A stretch of 64,000 nucleotides of DNA from Candidatus Enterousia sp. (GCA_045613785.1 JAZLBQ010000003.1:32001-96000), one strand, 5' to 3'. Shown: positions 9,482-21,667, numbered from the stretch's first letter. Notes: generated from the sequence alone by a model not told the origin. A program made the numbers and translations.

Positions 9482-10504
9482 ATGAGAAGTTGGGGTATTG
9501 TTGTTTTGTGTTGTGTATTTGTAAATGCTGCTGTGGCAGAAGAAGGAGTGTTGACTCGTGCGGCACGCAGTTTTTTAAAGCCACAAAGTTTTCCAACTGT
9601 ATTTAGTGATGCGTCTTTTGAAACCAGGATGCGGGTTTTGGCTCAGGGATATGAACCATGGGAGACGGAATATGATTCAAATGGGCGATGCATAAGTGGT
9701 TGTGCATATAGCACGATGGATATAGACGAAGATTTGCGGCGTATGCAACAACAAACGCAAACTGCTGTGGCGGAACTGCAAAGTCAGGGGGCGTTGCCGT
9801 TATCTGTTTCACAACAAGGACAGGTTGTGCCGCCAAAGCCAACGCAGGGGCATGTGTCTTTGGGGCAGGGTGTAGAATCTGTTCAGTCGGCACAGACCTC
9901 GCAGACTGTTCAGGTCGTTCAAAATATATTGCCTGGTGTTCAGCAAATATTTCAAGGTCAAACAAATACAGGGGTGTCGTCTAATGAAAATCTGACTCCG
10001 CAGTTTCAATATTTGTCACATACGGAGAATAGTATCCCATTGCATAATTTGCGTGCTGATATTGACTATGCCTCTATCCAGGCGAAAACAACATACGATG
10101 ATTGGTTTCAGGGGTGGCCTATTGGTTGGCCGGTTAAAGGACGCCCAAAGATTACGTCGCCTTTTGGACGTAGAACTCACCCCGTTACAGGAAATCAGCA
10201 AAATCATACGGGGGTAGATTTGGCGGTCGCAAGTGGAACAGATGTTTTTTCCCCGGCAAATGGAAAAGTGGTTAGTGTTTGGACAGATGGAACGTGTGGA
10301 CGTGGGATAAAGATTTCGCACAGTTCTGGCTATGAAACACTTTATTGTCATCTGGATAAGCAGTTGGTTCTGCAAAACCAGCAAGTAAAAAAAGGTGATT
10401 TGATTGCAAAGTCTGGTAATTCAGGTCGCAGCACAGGATCACATTTGCATTATGCGATTAAAAAAGATGGAATTTATATCGATCCTGCAGAACTAATGCA
10501 ATGA
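9482..10504 (+). CDS. Secreted M23 family metallopeptidase
   Basis: Signal peptide; C-terminal HTGVD, YCHL, STGSHLHY. Confidence 0.9.
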   Translation: MRSWGIVVLCCVFVNAAVAEEGVLTRAARSFLKPQSFPTVFSDASFETRMRVLAQGYEPWETEYDSNGRCISGCAYSTMDIDEDLRRMQQQTQTAVAELQSQGALPLSVSQQGQVVPPKPTQGHVSLGQGVESVQSAQTSQTVQVVQNILPGVQQIFQGQTNTGVSSNENLTPQFQYLSHTENSIPLHNLRADIDYASIQAKTTYDDWFQGWPIGWPVKGRPKITSPFGRRTHPVTGNQQNHTGVDLAVASGTDVFSPANGKVVSVWTDGTCGRGIKISHSSGYETLYCHLDKQLVLQNQQVKKGDLIAKSGNSGRSTGSHLHYAIKKDGIYIDPAELMQ

Positions 10505-10873
10505 TTTTTTATCTGAACGCTTGAAACGAACGAAAAAACTGCCGTTGTTGATTGGTTGAAATGATATTATGTATGGGGACAAAACACTGTCTGTTGCCCA
10601 TTGTTGAAATTTGATTTTTAGTATTCCACTGGCCCCTGTGATTATGTTGGCTGTGCGAGTTCCTGATTTTGCCAGGCTTAGTATTGCTGACCAGGCTTGT
10701 TCTTCGGTCAGAGTGTGCAGGTCAAGAACGCTGTGCTGTGGGGTTGGTGGAGTGTGCGGAATTCGGCTGGATAGGTGCAGTTCAGAACGCACAGAACGGC
10801 GGACCGCCGTGTCATCAGGTGTGATTTCTTCGCCTAGCATATGTTTGATATCGTCGTCAGTTAGCTTCTTCAT
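10493..10873 (-). CDS. Smr domain protein
   Basis: LDLHTLTEEQA…IITGASGILK…NNGSFFV Smr pattern. Confidence 0.8.
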   Translation of the reverse strand: MKKLTDDDIKHMLGEEITPDDTAVRRSVRSELHLSSRIPHTPPTPQHSVLDLHTLTEEQAWSAILSLAKSGTRTANIITGASGILKIKFQQWATDSVLSPYIISFQPINNGSFFVRFKRSDKKSLH

Positions 10874-11670
10874 AATGTTTGAATAATGTTGTTTTGCTGT
10901 GATGGGGTGAATACTAGGACACGTTCAATGCCTGCTAAATCAGGTTCAGAACGCAGTAAATCCCAGCCGTTTGAAATAAATATTGTTTTTATGTCTGTTC
11001 CTTGGTTTATGCCGATTTCCAGGAACAATTTGCCGTCTGGTTTTATCCAGTGCTTGGCATTCTTTGCAATCGATTGATAGGCAGCTAGACCATTGTTTGC
11101 TGCATAAAGTGCTATATGTGGGTCGTGGATAGCACCGGCATCTACACGGGAATCTTTATATGGGATATAGGGTGGATTTGAAACAATTATATCAAATCGT
11201 TCGCCAAAGTCGTATGGGCGATTAAATGTTGTTCGAATTGTTTTGATTTTTGATTCTAAGCCCAGGTTTTTTATGTTGTGACGGGCAACATTTAAGGCAC
11301 GGCGAGATTTGTCAATCGCAATTCCAGATGCGTCTGATATGTTCTTGACCAATGAACATATTATACAGCCTGTGCCTGTGCCTAAATCCAAAATACGTGG
11401 GGTAGTGTCTGATAAAATGTCTGATAAAACAGCGGCAACTAATGTTTCCGTGTCAGGACGGGGGTCAAGTGTGTATTTGTTTGTATAAAAACACAAACCA
11501 TAAAACCATTTTTTATGAATTAGTTTGGCAACTGGAACATTGCGTCGTAATTGGTGTGCCAAATAAAGGATATAAATCCTGGAAAATTTTTTAGTGTTTT
11601 CAGTTATAACACGGGCAGCACGAATGCCACCGGCTTGTTGTAAGACTGTGAATGCTTGATTTCTGTTCAT
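10870..11670 (-). CDS. prmC: Release factor glutamine methyltransferase (HemK/PrmC)
   Basis: PRPDTETLV, LDLGTGTGC, SNPPY; start moved to MNRNQAF at 11670. Confidence 0.9.
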   Translation of the reverse strand: MNRNQAFTVLQQAGGIRAARVITENTKKFSRIYILYLAHQLRRNVPVAKLIHKKWFYGLCFYTNKYTLDPRPDTETLVAAVLSDILSDTTPRILDLGTGTGCIICSLVKNISDASGIAIDKSRRALNVARHNIKNLGLESKIKTIRTTFNRPYDFGERFDIIVSNPPYIPYKDSRVDAGAIHDPHIALYAANNGLAAYQSIAKNAKHWIKPDGKLFLEIGINQGTDIKTIFISNGWDLLRSEPDLAGIERVLVFTPSQQNNIIQTL

Positions 11671-11712
11671 AAAGGCATTATAATCGCTGCTATGAAAAAA
11701 GCAAAAGATATT

Positions 11713-12951
11713 ATGAATACACGCAATCTGACACGGCTGGTGGTGGCATTGGCTGTGTTGTTGAGTTTGGTTGCGATTTTCTTGGTTTTGACCAAGCGAA
11801 CTCCTGGGCAAATACGGGCGGCACGACTAAATGAATGCAAGTCTGTGGTGGTCGTTTCTTCTGGTGATACGTTATCAAAACTGTTGTTGGAACAGGGCTT
11901 GAATCATAATGATGTCAACACTATTGCCAGTGTTTTGAAATCAAATGCAGAAATTACAACGCTGCGTGCAGACCGTGATAAATTGGAATTTGTTCGGGCG
12001 ACAGATGATGCACCTGTGTCAAAAATCGTCGTTATTCCTTCGCCATGGCGTCAGGTAGAATTGACTTGCAATGAATCCGGTGCTTGGGATTGCAAGACGG
12101 TTGATATTCAGCGTGATACAAGGGCGATTTATAAAAGCGGTGAAATCTTGGACGGGGATAGTTTCTATCTGGCTGGGCAACGTGCTGGAATTCCTGCTGG
12201 AATTTTGGCAGATGTTTATGATTTGCTGGCTTTTGAAATGGACTTTGAGCGTGATGTTCGGGCTGGACAAAAATTCTCGGTTTTGTATGAAGAAAATTTT
12301 TCCGAAGGTAAAAAAATCGATAATGGTCGGGTCTTGGCTGTTTCATTCGAGGCACTGCGTGGCAATGTGCAAATGTATAGATTTAGAAAATCAGATGGAA
12401 CAACGGGATATTATGATGCTGAAGGTAATGGTGCAATAAAGTCTTTGAAAAGAACGCCAATAAATAATGCTAAAATTACCAGTAATTTTTCCAGAAATCG
12501 TAAACACCCGGTTTTGGGCTATACACGTGCCCACAAGGGAGTTGATTTCCGTGCTTCAACTGGCACACCGATTCCAGCCGCAGGGGCAGGGCGTGTTGTT
12601 GCACGCAGTTTTAATCGTGGACATGGTAATTTTGTAAAGATTAGACATAACGGTTCATACGAAACGCTTTATGCACATATGTCCAGATTTGCCAAGGGCG
12701 TAAATGTTGGAACAACTGTTCGTCAGGGGCAGACGATTGGATATGTTGGGTCAACGGGTTATTCAACAGGGCCGCATTTGCACTATGAAATTATCAAAGA
12801 TGGTGTTCATGTGAATCCAATGACAGTTAAATTGCCAGCGATTAGTAATCTGGGAAAAGAAGACAAGAAAAAGTTTATTGAATATCGTAAGATTCTAGAT
12901 GATGGCATAAAACAGTTGGAAAAAAATCCAGCAATGTATATCCAGTTGTAA
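11713..12951 (+). CDS. Membrane-anchored M23 peptidoglycan endopeptidase (MepM-like)
   Basis: N-terminal TM, SGDTL LysM-like region, DFERDVRAGQKF, HKGVD, STGPHLHYE; start could instead be 11692. Confidence 0.88.
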   Translation: MNTRNLTRLVVALAVLLSLVAIFLVLTKRTPGQIRAARLNECKSVVVVSSGDTLSKLLLEQGLNHNDVNTIASVLKSNAEITTLRADRDKLEFVRATDDAPVSKIVVIPSPWRQVELTCNESGAWDCKTVDIQRDTRAIYKSGEILDGDSFYLAGQRAGIPAGILADVYDLLAFEMDFERDVRAGQKFSVLYEENFSEGKKIDNGRVLAVSFEALRGNVQMYRFRKSDGTTGYYDAEGNGAIKSLKRTPINNAKITSNFSRNRKHPVLGYTRAHKGVDFRASTGTPIPAAGAGRVVARSFNRGHGNFVKIRHNGSYETLYAHMSRFAKGVNVGTTVRQGQTIGYVGSTGYSTGPHLHYEIIKDGVHVNPMTVKLPAISNLGKEDKKKFIEYRKILDDGIKQLEKNPAMYIQL

Positions 12952-12978
12952 AAAAAATCCCCATTTCGGGGATTTTTT
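12951..12978. terminator. Bidirectional intrinsic terminator
   Basis: aaaaaaATCCCC-atttc-GGGGAT-ttttt between convergent genes. Confidence 0.75.
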
Positions 12979-12988
12979 ATGGCTATAT

Positions 12989-13195
12989 TTATTTTCGTGT
13001 AGCCCAAAATAATGCCCACAGCCAGCCGATAATTGACCATGAAAATATCCAACTGCCCAGACGAACTGCGTGCATGTCAGGTTTGCCTTTGCCGTTTTGG
13101 CGTGCAATCCAAGCTGGTGCAAATATAATCGCCAGTAAAATCATTACACCCAGTGCGTATTTAATAATGGCTAAGATGTCGATGTTTAATATCAT
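12989..13195 (-). CDS. Superinfection immunity protein (T4 Imm-like)
   Basis: Small membrane protein with FAPAWIARQNGK…WIFSWSIIGWLWALFWA, the Imm_superinfect pattern; start taken at MILNIDIL. Confidence 0.7.
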   Translation of the reverse strand: MILNIDILAIIKYALGVMILLAIIFAPAWIARQNGKGKPDMHAVRLGSWIFSWSIIGWLWALFWATRK

Positions 13196-13250
13196 TTTTA
13201 TATAGAAAAGGGGGCGTTTGTATGCCCCCCCTAAATCCATTCGTTGTGGA

Positions 13251-14525
<1,275 letters not shown>

Positions 14526-14636
14526 TTACCTTTATATTATATAACAAAAATCAAAATGTTTACATTTTAGTCTTGCCTTGTTTAGACTAAATGTGTGATA
14601 ATATAATCACATTTAGGATTGGAAGAAAATAGAAAA

Positions 14637-17600
14637 ATGATAAAAAAATTAGTTTCTTTTGTTTGCTGCCTTTTGCCAATAGGTGCAGGGGCTGTTGTCG
14701 TTAGTCCAGAATCTGGACAAAATTCAATTTCAACTGAACAAGCGTCTTGGACAGAGGCGATTGGGGCAGGTAGTTCAATTACTATCAATAGTGCCGCTGT
14801 CAATGGTATTTCATCGGCAAATGGTTTTTCTATTGCTAATAATATGTATGTTGGTATGCCAACAGATCAGGGAAGTATCAATGGTGATTTGTATGTTTTG
14901 AATAGTGTTCAAAACCCTTTTACCGTTGTTTCGACCGGTGATATTTCTATTGGTGCAATTTTGCAGGTCTTGGACGGCAAGACATTGGGATTCAAGACAT
15001 CTGATACAAATCCAACGGCTTTTGATTTGACTGTTGGTTCGGGAAATGTAAATGAAGGTATCAAGATTGGTAGTGCCGAACAAAATGCAACGTTAAATCT
15101 GGAAAATATTGATGTTTTGACGGTTGATGGTTCTGTGATTGCATATGGTAATTTTTCTGCGTCTGCAAATTCTGTGAATATGGGATTGGTTAATGCAAAC
15201 ACTGGAAATATGACTGTCAATGCAACCGGCGATGTTGCTGTTGGTGGATTGGTCGCAAACAGTGATGGGACAACAAATATTACAGCAGGTGGGGTGCTTT
15301 CTTCTGATGGAACAATCCAGAATAATGCTGGCACAATGAACCTGGTCGCTGGTGATGATATCAATGTTGTTGGTAGCGTTGAAAATAAGTCTGCAGGAAA
15401 TGTTTCTATCCGTGGGGCGGATATGACGGTTAGTGAAATGCTGACAAATGAGGCTTCTTCTGCAACATTGACAATGAATTTGGATTCTTTGACTGTCAAT
15501 GGTGGCACTCAATCAGCATATTCTTTTGTGAATAGTGGAAATTTGTTTGCAACGGTCAAAGGAAAAACATATCTGGAATATGGTATGAATTTGGGCGGTA
15601 TGACCAAGGATAATGTGTTTAATTTGGATACGGGAACATTGGAATTTGGTTCAAGTGCAACTAGTCAGACTTGGTTTAATGCTTTCTCTAATTATCTGGA
15701 TAGTTTTAATCTGGCGGTGCGTGATGGTGATATCAATGTTTCAACTATTTTGAACGGAATCAATTCAGATGGTGTTGCAAATGCAACAGCGGATATGGCT
15801 ATTTTGGCTCAGAATATTAGTGCAACAACAATTCGTAACAATGGTAAAACATTAGTAGTCAAGGCGGCAGATTTAGATTCTGGATATGATATCGTCGGAC
15901 CAGCTGCCGATTCGTCTGTTGGTAATATCAATGTATCTGGTCAGATTATCGGGGCTGCAGGAACAACAACTGATGTTATTGCATCTGGAACATTGACTGT
16001 TCTGGGTGCTGTTTCTAATAATGCAGATATGACGTTAAACGGTAATGCTGTAAATTTGGCTTCTGTGTCTAATTCTGGTGTTGATGCGGATTTGACAGTG
16101 TCTTCGCTGACAGCATCAACTGGTGTGGTCGAAATTTCAGGCAATGTTACAAATTCTAATGGAAATACAACAATCTGGGCCAAAGACGTTAGTATCGCTG
16201 GCGTTTTGACAAATAATGGTGGAACAACAACTGTTCGTGGTTCTGATACAGCAGGTGGGGCGGTTGAAATTGGCTCTGTCGTTGCATCTGCAGGAACGGT
16301 CAATTTGAACGCTTTGGCTGGCAGTATGATGATTGATAATGTTGTTACCGTTGCAGGTGGAACATTGAATTTGGGCGATAGTCTAAAGAATTTGACCGTA
16401 GGCGGCAGTGTTCAAATCGCAGGTGATTTGACAGCCAGTGCTAATAATGCTGTCAATGCAGGTGATGTAAATATTGCTGCTAGTGGTAATCCGGCTTTTG
16501 TCTTGGGGGCAGATGCGGTTGTTATTGGCGGAAATGTCAATGTTGTTGATAGTTCGGTTGTGCGTAATGTTCAAATCGATTCGGCTTTGATTGATGTTTC
16601 TGGTGATGCGACAGTTGAAAATCTGGGAATGCTGACGCTGGGGAAAAGCCCAGATTCATATGTGAAAATTGATGGCGATTTAATTGCAAATAATGGCGGT
16701 GTCTTTGAAACATACGCTGATGATTTGATTGCTGGTTCTGTTTCTGGAAATGGAAAATTCCTTGTCCACGGCGAGAATATTACTGCGGATAATGGAAATA
16801 TTGATATCGCAGGAAATGTTTATTTTGATCCTACCAATGATCCAACCGCACCAACTGCTGGTATGATTGTTCGTGATACTACGACTTTGACATTAAAGAC
16901 CGCCGCAGATGGCACGGATATTAGTGTTGGTGCAACATCTGTTGGAAATGGTAATACGCTGGCTTTGGAGTCTGCAGATGAGGTAGAAATTGCTGGTCTG
17001 TTGGCGAATAACGGAACTGTGCGTGTAAATGCAACGGGTGCTGCAAAAGTGGCAGGAAATATCCAAAATACGGGAACTGTTGATATTGCAGCTGCAACAA
17101 TTGAAACTTTGGATTTGCAAAATTCGGGCGATGTTGTTTTGAATTCCGAATCGGGGGCTGTAAACGTTGCTAATGTTGCAAACAGTGGCTCGTTGAGTGT
17201 TGTGGCGGCGACCGATTTTGTTGCAGGTGCTGTTTCTCAGACTGGCGGTGTGATGGATTTGACCGCAGATTCTGTTTCAATGCAAAGTTTGGTGGTTAGT
17301 GGTGCTGCAGGAACAATGGCTAACGTAAATGCGGATAGCCTTGATGTTGCTGGTAATATCAATGTTGCTGGAAATATGAGCCAGGGTGGCACAGATGCGA
17401 TGTTGAATTTGCAAGCAAGTAAACTGTCGGCAGCAAATTTGACAGTTGGTGGCGAATTTATTGCGACATCTGGTGGAACAACCTATGAAATTGGCTCAAA
17501 CGTCAATTTGGTTGGTGGATTGAATGTTGTTGGTGCTGCGACAGTGTTGTTTAATGCAGGTGGGTCTATCACTGGTGGTGATTTAACAAATGCTGGTGCG

Positions 17601-19844
17601 TTGACATTAAATGCAACAGATGGAATCGAATTAGGTAAAATTATCAGTAATTCTGGGGTCATAAATATTGATTCTGGTGATGGAGTGTTGGAGTTGACAA
17701 CACTGACGATGAATGGTGGTAATTTGACTTTAGATGGTGTCGGTTTGATAACAGATTATGCATTTAATCCAGGGGCAATGTTGTATCAGAAATACACTGG
17801 TGCTTTGTTGACCAAGGATGTAAATATTGTTGCGGATAGTTATCAGATTTCAACGTCTAATTTGGTTGTGGCAGGCATCAATCAAAATGGTAAATTAGTA
17901 GTCAATTCTAGTGATATTGATGTTGGTGGTGATATCGTAGCGACAGATTTGGAATTTGTTGCGGTCAAAAATGCAGATGATGAAACAATTTGGCAAAATG
18001 TTGAGGTCGCTGGAAATGTTTCAGGCGGAGTTGACTTTATCGGTCTGGAAAAAATGACAATCGGAGGTAATTATATCTTTGATTTGAACAGTCGTTTGTA
18101 TGCTGCGGTCTTGCCATATGCGACGGGCGTCTCGTTAGATACGACGGATATAAATTATTGGTCCACAATTAGTCTGAAAGATGATAACACGTTGGGTGAT
18201 ATCACAAATGCTGATGATGGTCAGGCAATGATTAGTGTTGGTGGTGTGTTCACATCAGGTGTTCAATATGATGGCGAAACTATCAGTAATACACCGGGAG
18301 CTGTCTTGTCGAATGGGCAAATTGGTATTTCGTTGTTTGATGTTGTTGACCAGGGAACTGCAATTTGGTTCTTGCATGCAGATGGTGGAGTTGAAAATTT
18401 CAGCCAGTTAGAGCAGTTGCGTAACTTGGATGTAAAATTCTGTAATGCAGATGGTTCGTTGTGTTATAACTATCTGGAATCGCTGGATACTAAGAACGGA
18501 ACTGATTCTGATTTGCCTGTGTTTGTATCGGTGCGTGATTCGGATGAAGATGGTGTTTCAGATAGTTTGTATATCGTATTTGATCCACGCTTTGGTGGCC
18601 CAAAACTGATAGAAGATATGAAGATTCAGCCGATTGTTGGTCGTGAACCAGATCATACAGAAGGTGAATATGTATCAGCGGGGGCTTTAGATGATTTGCT
18701 AGCTGGTCAGGCACATAATAAAAAGTTCTTTAACGGGACACCAATCGAGGTTATTCCACTGATTTTCAAAAATACAAACATGGAACAGATGTCCCAGGAA
18801 CTGTATGATCGTATGGAATATTATGTTGAAAACGCCGAAGGAGAAGGATTGGCCAGATTTAGTCGTTTGTTCCAGGTTCGTGAATTGGAACAGATTATGG
18901 GCAGTATCTCGCTGAATGAACATACAACTTTCCGTTCATTTGAAGATCGTATGTATGACGAATTCATTTGGAATCGTAATCGTCAGTTGAAAAAGGCGTG
19001 GTTAGATGTTGATTATGGTATGTTCTATCAGAATATTGATGATGGTAAGCATACAGATGGACATCGTTTCAGTGTTTCAGGTGGTTTTGATTGGCAAGAA
19101 TCAAATACGCTGGTTTTGGGATTGACTGGACGTGTTTCACATACGTCGTCCTTTGCACACGATGATATGAATTTGGGATATAAACCAGATGAATTCATAG
19201 CAGGGGATGTTCGTATCGATGTCAAGGACACAGATGTTGCGGTCGGTGGATATTTGATGCAGATTTTGAACGAAAAAATGCGTTTGTATGGTAATGCTTT
19301 CTTGGATTTGCATGTGTTTGATGTGAATCGTTCGCAGAACTTTGTTGATTCAATTGATGGCGATGGTCTGTCATTCAGTATGATTACAGAATGGGGATTG
19401 ATGCATGATATCTTGAATCAATATGTTGTTGGAAATCTGTATGCACGTGCTGGGTATAACTTTGGTTTCAGTGTCAAGGAAAAGGCAGCAGGTGATGACT
19501 ATATGCGTTTGAAGTCAGATGGATACTTTATCTTTACACCAGGGTATTCGTTGACTGCACAAAAGCGTATTTACCCATCTGCTTGGTTCCAGATTCGACC
19601 ATATGCATCGATTGGTGTAGAATATGATGTGTTTGGGGCGCCAGATTTTGCAAAGTATAAGTTTGTGCCAGCAGATGAATTTACCCGTTATGATATTGAA
19701 ATTGATCCTTTGTGGGCAAATATCGGTGGTGGTATAGAAATGTTGTCTGCAAGTGGTATTCAAGTTGGTGTTGATTATCGTTATCAGTATAATAATGATA
19801 TTCAATTACATAATATCAGGGTATCGGGATCGTATAGATTCTAA
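14637..19844 (+). CDS. Large autotransporter adhesin-like protein
   Basis: Signal peptide, about 1300 aa G/N/V/A-rich beta-helical passenger, C-terminal barrel ending SGSYRF. Confidence 0.85.
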   Translation: MIKKLVSFVCCLLPIGAGAVVVSPESGQNSISTEQASWTEAIGAGSSITINSAAVNGISSANGFSIANNMYVGMPTDQGSINGDLYVLNSVQNPFTVVSTGDISIGAILQVLDGKTLGFKTSDTNPTAFDLTVGSGNVNEGIKIGSAEQNATLNLENIDVLTVDGSVIAYGNFSASANSVNMGLVNANTGNMTVNATGDVAVGGLVANSDGTTNITAGGVLSSDGTIQNNAGTMNLVAGDDINVVGSVENKSAGNVSIRGADMTVSEMLTNEASSATLTMNLDSLTVNGGTQSAYSFVNSGNLFATVKGKTYLEYGMNLGGMTKDNVFNLDTGTLEFGSSATSQTWFNAFSNYLDSFNLAVRDGDINVSTILNGINSDGVANATADMAILAQNISATTIRNNGKTLVVKAADLDSGYDIVGPAADSSVGNINVSGQIIGAAGTTTDVIASGTLTVLGAVSNNADMTLNGNAVNLASVSNSGVDADLTVSSLTASTGVVEISGNVTNSNGNTTIWAKDVSIAGVLTNNGGTTTVRGSDTAGGAVEIGSVVASAGTVNLNALAGSMMIDNVVTVAGGTLNLGDSLKNLTVGGSVQIAGDLTASANNAVNAGDVNIAASGNPAFVLGADAVVIGGNVNVVDSSVVRNVQIDSALIDVSGDATVENLGMLTLGKSPDSYVKIDGDLIANNGGVFETYADDLIAGSVSGNGKFLVHGENITADNGNIDIAGNVYFDPTNDPTAPTAGMIVRDTTTLTLKTAADGTDISVGATSVGNGNTLALESADEVEIAGLLANNGTVRVNATGAAKVAGNIQNTGTVDIAAATIETLDLQNSGDVVLNSESGAVNVANVANSGSLSVVAATDFVAGAVSQTGGVMDLTADSVSMQSLVVSGAAGTMANVNADSLDVAGNINVAGNMSQGGTDAMLNLQASKLSAANLTVGGEFIATSGGTTYEIGSNVNLVGGLNVVGAATVLFNAGGSITGGDLTNAGALTLNATDGIELGKIISNSGVINIDSGDGVLELTTLTMNGGNLTLDGVGLITDYAFNPGAMLYQKYTGALLTKDVNIVADSYQISTSNLVVAGINQNGKLVVNSSDIDVGGDIVATDLEFVAVKNADDETIWQNVEVAGNVSGGVDFIGLEKMTIGGNYIFDLNSRLYAAVLPYATGVSLDTTDINYWSTISLKDDNTLGDITNADDGQAMISVGGVFTSGVQYDGETISNTPGAVLSNGQIGISLFDVVDQGTAIWFLHADGGVENFSQLEQLRNLDVKFCNADGSLCYNYLESLDTKNGTDSDLPVFVSVRDSDEDGVSDSLYIVFDPRFGGPKLIEDMKIQPIVGREPDHTEGEYVSAGALDDLLAGQAHNKKFFNGTPIEVIPLIFKNTNMEQMSQELYDRMEYYVENAEGEGLARFSRLFQVRELEQIMGSISLNEHTTFRSFEDRMYDEFIWNRNRQLKKAWLDVDYGMFYQNIDDGKHTDGHRFSVSGGFDWQESNTLVLGLTGRVSHTSSFAHDDMNLGYKPDEFIAGDVRIDVKDTDVAVGGYLMQILNEKMRLYGNAFLDLHVFDVNRSQNFVDSIDGDGLSFSMITEWGLMHDILNQYVVGNLYARAGYNFGFSVKEKAAGDDYMRLKSDGYFIFTPGYSLTAQKRIYPSAWFQIRPYASIGVEYDVFGAPDFAKYKFVPADEFTRYDIEIDPLWANIGGGIEMLSASGIQVGVDYRYQYNNDIQLHNIRVSGSYRF

Positions 19845-19848
19845 TATG

Positions 19849-19879
19849 AAAGCCCCCCCAGTTCGGGGGGGATTTTTTT
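19849..19879 (+). terminator. Intrinsic terminator
   Basis: CCCCCCC-agttc-GGGGGGG-atttttt. Confidence 0.75.
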
Positions 19880-19976
19880 AGTAAAAGTAAAAACTTGACT
19901 TTTTTGTCAATTTTGTGTATAGTGTGTTAGTCAAGTGGGAACAGTTCTGTTGCCCAAATCTCCAAAAGGATTATTT

Positions 19977-21245
19977 ATGCATATAAATGAATTAAAGGCG
20001 AAAACGCCACAGCAACTGCTGAAAATGGCAGAAGATATGGGTATTGAAAATCCATCTCAGTTAAATGTGCAACAATTACGTTTTGCGGTTATGCGTGTGT
20101 TTGCAGCGGATAAAAAGGTTACTTTGATTGGTGACGGGGTTTTGGAACGTATGCAAGATGGTTTCGGATTCTTGCGTGCACCAGAATCAAACTATTTGGC
20201 AGGACCAGATGATTTGTATGTGTCGCCAAATTTGATTAAGAAATATGGTTTAAAGACAGGTGATTATGTCGAAGGTCAAATTCAGGCCCCTGCGGCAGAA
20301 ACTGAACGATATTTTGCGTTGGAAACAATTGAACGGGTAAATGGCGATAATCCAGAAAAGTTGAAACATCGTGTATCTTTTGATGATATGACCCCATTGT
20401 ATCCTGATGAACAGTTAAAAATGGAAGTCGAAAACGACAAGGATAAGGGACGTAATTTGTCTGCCCGTGTGATTGATTTGATTTCTCCAACTGGTAAAGG
20501 GCAGCGTTCGCTGATTGTTGCACCGCCAAGAACAGGAAAAACTGTTATGTTGCAGAATATTGCACATAGCATTGCAACAAACTATCCAGACGTAAAATTG
20601 ATTGTGTTGTTGATTGATGAACGCCCAGAGGAAGTTACAGATATGCAACGCAGTGTAAAGGGTGAAGTTATTTCATCAACATTCGATGAACCAGCAGCAC
20701 GTCATATTCAGGTCGCTGAAATGGTTATCGAAAAAGCAAAACGTTTGGTAGAAGCAGGGCAGGATGTTGTTATCTTGCTGGATTCGATTACACGTTTGGG
20801 ACGTGCGTATAATACTTGTGTCCCATCAAGTGGTAAAGTTTTGACTGGTGGTGTTGATGCCTATGCGTTGCAGCGTCCAAAACGTTTCTTTGGTGCAGCC
20901 CGTAACATCGAAGGTGGTGGCAGCTTGACAATTATCGCAACTGCATTGGTTGATACCGGGTCTAAGATGGACGAAGTTATCTTTGAAGAATTTAAGGGAA
21001 CTGGTAATAGCGAAATTATCCTGGATCGCAAATTGTCTGATAAGCGTGTTTATCCTGCGATAGATATTACAAAGTCGGGAACACGTAAAGAAGATTTGTT
21101 GGTGGGTAAGGATATTTTAAGCAAAATGTATGTCTTGCGTCGTATCATCAACCCAATGGGAACGTTGGAAGCAATGGAGTTCTTGTTGGATAAATTGCGT
21201 ATGACAAAAACTAATACCGATTTCTTTAATTCAATGAATCAATAA
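19977..21245 (+). CDS. rho: Transcription termination factor Rho
   Basis: [35 protein letters not shown]; ATG 19977 after AAGGA. Confidence 0.98.
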   Translation: MHINELKAKTPQQLLKMAEDMGIENPSQLNVQQLRFAVMRVFAADKKVTLIGDGVLERMQDGFGFLRAPESNYLAGPDDLYVSPNLIKKYGLKTGDYVEGQIQAPAAETERYFALETIERVNGDNPEKLKHRVSFDDMTPLYPDEQLKMEVENDKDKGRNLSARVIDLISPTGKGQRSLIVAPPRTGKTVMLQNIAHSIATNYPDVKLIVLLIDERPEEVTDMQRSVKGEVISSTFDEPAARHIQVAEMVIEKAKRLVEAGQDVVILLDSITRLGRAYNTCVPSSGKVLTGGVDAYALQRPKRFFGAARNIEGGGSLTIIATALVDTGSKMDEVIFEEFKGTGNSEIILDRKLSDKRVYPAIDITKSGTRKEDLLVGKDILSKMYVLRRIINPMGTLEAMEFLLDKLRMTKTNTDFFNSMNQ

Positions 21246-21246
21246 G

Positions 21247-21271
21247 AAAGTCCCCCGATTGGGGGATTTTT
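21247..21271 (+). terminator. Intrinsic terminator after rho
   Basis: TCCCCC-gatt-GGGGGA-ttttt. Confidence 0.75.
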
Positions 21272-21292
21272 AATACTAATGGATAATTTATA

Positions 21293-21523
21293 ATGAAATT
21301 ATATTTGTGTGGTTTGTTGGCGACTGTGGTCGTTGTTCTTTTTGCGTATTGTATGGGAAAACAAACAGGAATTCAGCGGTGTGTTGCAAGATATACTGAT
21401 AGTGTGGTGCAACAACAATCAAAAATTATAGAAATTCAAAGAGGAATAGATGCAGAAACTGTTAGTCGTGCCACTGATGATATTCGTGGCTTCTTGCGGC
21501 AGAAATACACAATTGCAGAATAA
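21293..21523 (+). CDS. Putative inner-membrane spanin (Rz-like)
   Basis: 76 aa: N-terminal TM plus periplasmic helical region; 3' end overlaps a lipoprotein gene in another frame. Confidence 0.6.
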   Translation: MKLYLCGLLATVVVVLFAYCMGKQTGIQRCVARYTDSVVQQQSKIIEIQRGIDAETVSRATDDIRGFLRQKYTIAE

Positions 21524-21647
21524 TGTTTGTGCAAAGATTGTTTGTCAGCCAATATATGCACGAAATACAGATTGGAATCTGATTAGTGATGATTTGGCAC
21601 GCAATATATATAGCCATAATAGATTTTGCGAAATTTATAACAAATAA
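21450..21647 (+). CDS. Putative outer-membrane lipoprotein spanin (Rz1-like)
   Basis: Lipobox FVASC; mature part C…QPIY…D…ISDDLARNIYSHN…C resembles phage o-spanins. Confidence 0.65.
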   Translation: MQKLLVVPLMIFVASCGRNTQLQNNVCAKIVCQPIYARNTDWNLISDDLARNIYSHNRFCEIYNK

Positions 21648-21667
21648 ATAGTTGACAAGTTGTAATT

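Noticed and set aside
11671-11811. Long N-terminal extension of prmC
   Set aside because: Antisense to the divergent M23 gene; not PrmC-like.
14909-17120. Several antisense ORFs within the autotransporter
   Set aside because: Shadow frames caused by biased codon usage; no recognisable motifs.
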